Notes under the pieces: generated by a model
The model's input: the letters and a program-made list of their open reading frames with translations, nothing else
Database searches by the model: none
Told to the model about the DNA's origin: nothing
Translations under genes and position numbers: made by a program
From: a virus
Lineage: Duplodnaviria; Heunggongvirae; Uroviricota; Caudoviricetes
Length of the DNA: 64,000 nt
IMG/VR virus record: IMGVR_UViG_3300017560_000307
Strand: one strand, 5' to 3'
Part shown: in pieces, positions 62,433 through 64,000 of the stretch
Layout of the letters: each line of letters starts with the position of its first letter
Position numbering within the stretch: the stretch's first letter is position 1

Positions 62433-63707
62433 ATGAAGTTACAGGCACCAGAGAACGCAAACTACGCCGCAGTCGTCGTGAAAATTACTGCCATCAATCA
62501 ACTTGAGGGATCCGACAACATCGTCGGTACTCCACTTATCGGATTCCAGGCCATCGTTGGCAAGAGCACCCAGGTAGGGGATATTGGCATTGTCTTCCCG
62601 GCGGAAACCCAGCTAAGTGATGAGTTTTGTCGAGAAAATAGTCTTTACCGACACAGTGACAAGAATAAGGACCAGAGCGCCAAAGGCTACCTGGAAGATA
62701 ATCGCCGGGTAAAAGCCATGAAGTTCCGCGGCAACCGCTCTGACTGCCTCTTTATGCCCTTGAACTCACTGGAATTCACCGGCGCAAAGGTGAAAGAACT
62801 CCAGGTTGGTGATACTTTCGATGAACTGAATGGTCACAAGCTGTGCGAGAAATACGAAATTAAGCGTCGATCGAGCGGGAACGCTAATCTGGTAAAGAAA
62901 CCCCGATTTGTCCGCGTAGATGCTAAGTTCCTTCCCGAACACCTGGACTCCGATAACTTCTTCCGCAATGTCGACCGAATCCTGCCAGGTACTCAGGTGG
63001 TGGTCACCCAAAAGTTGCATGGGACAAGCTCACGCATCGGCCATACGATTGTCACCCGAAAACTAAACATCTTAGAGAAGGCTCTGAAGCGTCTAGGACT
63101 ACGCATCGAGACTCATGAGTACGATTATGTGTTTGGATCCCGAAAGGTCATCAAGGACGTTCACAACCCCGATGGTGGATTCTATTCGTCCGACATCTGG
63201 ACTGAATCAGGCCAGCGTCTGGAGGGCATTCTGCCCCAGAACTTCATCCTCTATGGTGAGTTGGTAGGGTACACCCCTGATGGTGGAGACATCCAGAAGG
63301 GATATCACTACGGCCAACCGATGGGAGTCAATGAGCTTTACATTTACCGCGTCGCATTCATCAACAATCAGGGGCGTCTGACTGATCTCTCCTGGGACCA
63401 GGTGAGGTTATTTTGCGAAGAGCTTGGGCTGAAGCATGTACCAGAACTGTGGCGTGGCAAGATCGATGAGTTCGACGTCCAGGCATTCATGGATCGCCAC
63501 TATGCCGAGACTGGATACACCCACGCAATCCCGCTAGATGACAACGGTACGGTTGACGAGGGTGTTTGTATCCGGGTTGATGGTCTTACTCCTTATATTC
63601 TAAAAGCCAAGAGCCCAGAATTCTTGAGTTTTGAGTCGAAGATGCTGGATGAGGAAGCAACAGATCTCGAGGCAGAGCAGTCTCAAAGCGAGGAGGCCAA
63701 TGTCTGA
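62433..63707 (+). CDS. ATP-dependent RNA ligase of the Rnl2/Rnl5 (DraRnl-like) type with N-terminal extension
   Basis: Motif I KLHGTS (KxHG as in T4 Rnl2), motif IV-like LYGELVGY, motif V ILKAKSPEF. An N-terminal module of about 190 aa precedes the nucleotidyltransferase domain. Confidence 0.55.
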   Translation: MKLQAPENANYAAVVVKITAINQLEGSDNIVGTPLIGFQAIVGKSTQVGDIGIVFPAETQLSDEFCRENSLYRHSDKNKDQSAKGYLEDNRRVKAMKFRGNRSDCLFMPLNSLEFTGAKVKELQVGDTFDELNGHKLCEKYEIKRRSSGNANLVKKPRFVRVDAKFLPEHLDSDNFFRNVDRILPGTQVVVTQKLHGTSSRIGHTIVTRKLNILEKALKRLGLRIETHEYDYVFGSRKVIKDVHNPDGGFYSSDIWTESGQRLEGILPQNFILYGELVGYTPDGGDIQKGYHYGQPMGVNELYIYRVAFINNQGRLTDLSWDQVRLFCEELGLKHVPELWRGKIDEFDVQAFMDRHYAETGYTHAIPLDDNGTVDEGVCIRVDGLTPYILKAKSPEFLSFESKMLDEEATDLEAEQSQSEEANV

Positions 63708-64000
63708 GGTACAAATTTTAAAGGGCTTGCCTGCCAGTGGAAAAACAACCTACGCTCGTCAGCAAGTCGAAGCCAATCCCGGACAAACAAAACGCTGGTC
63801 AAAAGACGATATCCGCGCCATGTTAGATGGTGGTCGCTGGAGCCGATCCAACGAGAGGTTTGTATTGGACCTGCGTGATCAAGTTATTCGGCAGGCGCTG
63901 AAGAACAATACCCACCTCATAATTGACGACACTAATCTTGCGAGCAAGCACGAAGCGCGTATCCGTCACCTGGTTTCCGAAATCAACAAGCTGGAAGGTA
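63700..64000 (+). CDS. polynucleotide kinase (T4 Pnk-like P-loop kinase domain), 5-prime partial in window (continues past the end)
   Basis: ATG 63700 overlaps the ligase stop. GLPASGKTT Walker A, then NPGQ…DDIR and IIDDTNL, resembling the T4 Pnk kinase domain. Confidence 0.6.
   Translation, partial: MSEVQILKGLPASGKTTYARQQVEANPGQTKRWSKDDIRAMLDGGRWSRSNERFVLDLRDQVIRQALKNNTHLIIDDTNLASKHEARIRHLVSEINKLEG

Overview
This 64-kb window is almost entirely a tailed-phage or phage-plasmid-like genome segment. GC content is about 55% and coding is dense, with very few host-like genes. The layout runs as follows. (1) Positions 1-3009, minus strand, hold a vWA / PP2C phosphatase / Ser-Thr kinase triad (TerY-P-like) that ends exactly at the window start. 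(2) Positions 3195-16570, plus strand, are a late operon. It contains a gp6-like head-tail connector, an HK97-gp10-like protein, a major tail gene split across two frames, and a G/GT tail chaperone with a CCCAAAA -1 slippery site. It continues with an 820-aa tape measure, distal tail and baseplate genes (including three tandem paralogs), and a lysis cassette of holin-like proteins plus a CHAP endolysin. (3) Positions 16631-22017 are a minus-strand block carrying an SLT-like lysozyme, an SPFH protein and an ERF-type annealing protein, with AT-rich divergent promoter regions at both ends. (4) Positions 22284-40147 hold RusA, two HNH endonucleases, a small serine recombinase, a 13-tRNA array, a DnaE-type polymerase and an RHH regulator. 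They also hold a ParA/ParB-like pair, a replication organizer with internal iterons, a TraD/FtsK-like ATPase and a replication-relaxation protein. (5) Positions 40150-59700 are a GC-rich repeat-bearing non-coding stretch followed by a long run of small plus-strand genes. A recurring TTGACA-N17-TATAAG promoter and a conserved leader motif drive these genes. The run includes a RelBE pair, J-domain, ImmA-like, acidic, pentapeptide-repeat, 2H-phosphoesterase and ArdC-like proteins. It also includes two ORF-free, hairpin-rich regions of about 1 kb each. (6) Positions 59601-64000 carry a promoter and an array of tRNA-like / Y-RNA-like modules. These sit directly upstream of a Ro60 (TROVE+vWA) gene, a membrane/coiled-coil protein, an Rnl-type RNA ligase and a T4-Pnk-like kinase that runs off the window end. 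This RNA-repair locus is the most unusual feature. Coordinates for features not taken from the ORF track (tRNAs, promoters, terminators, motifs, alternative starts) were derived by hand and may be off by 1-2 nt.
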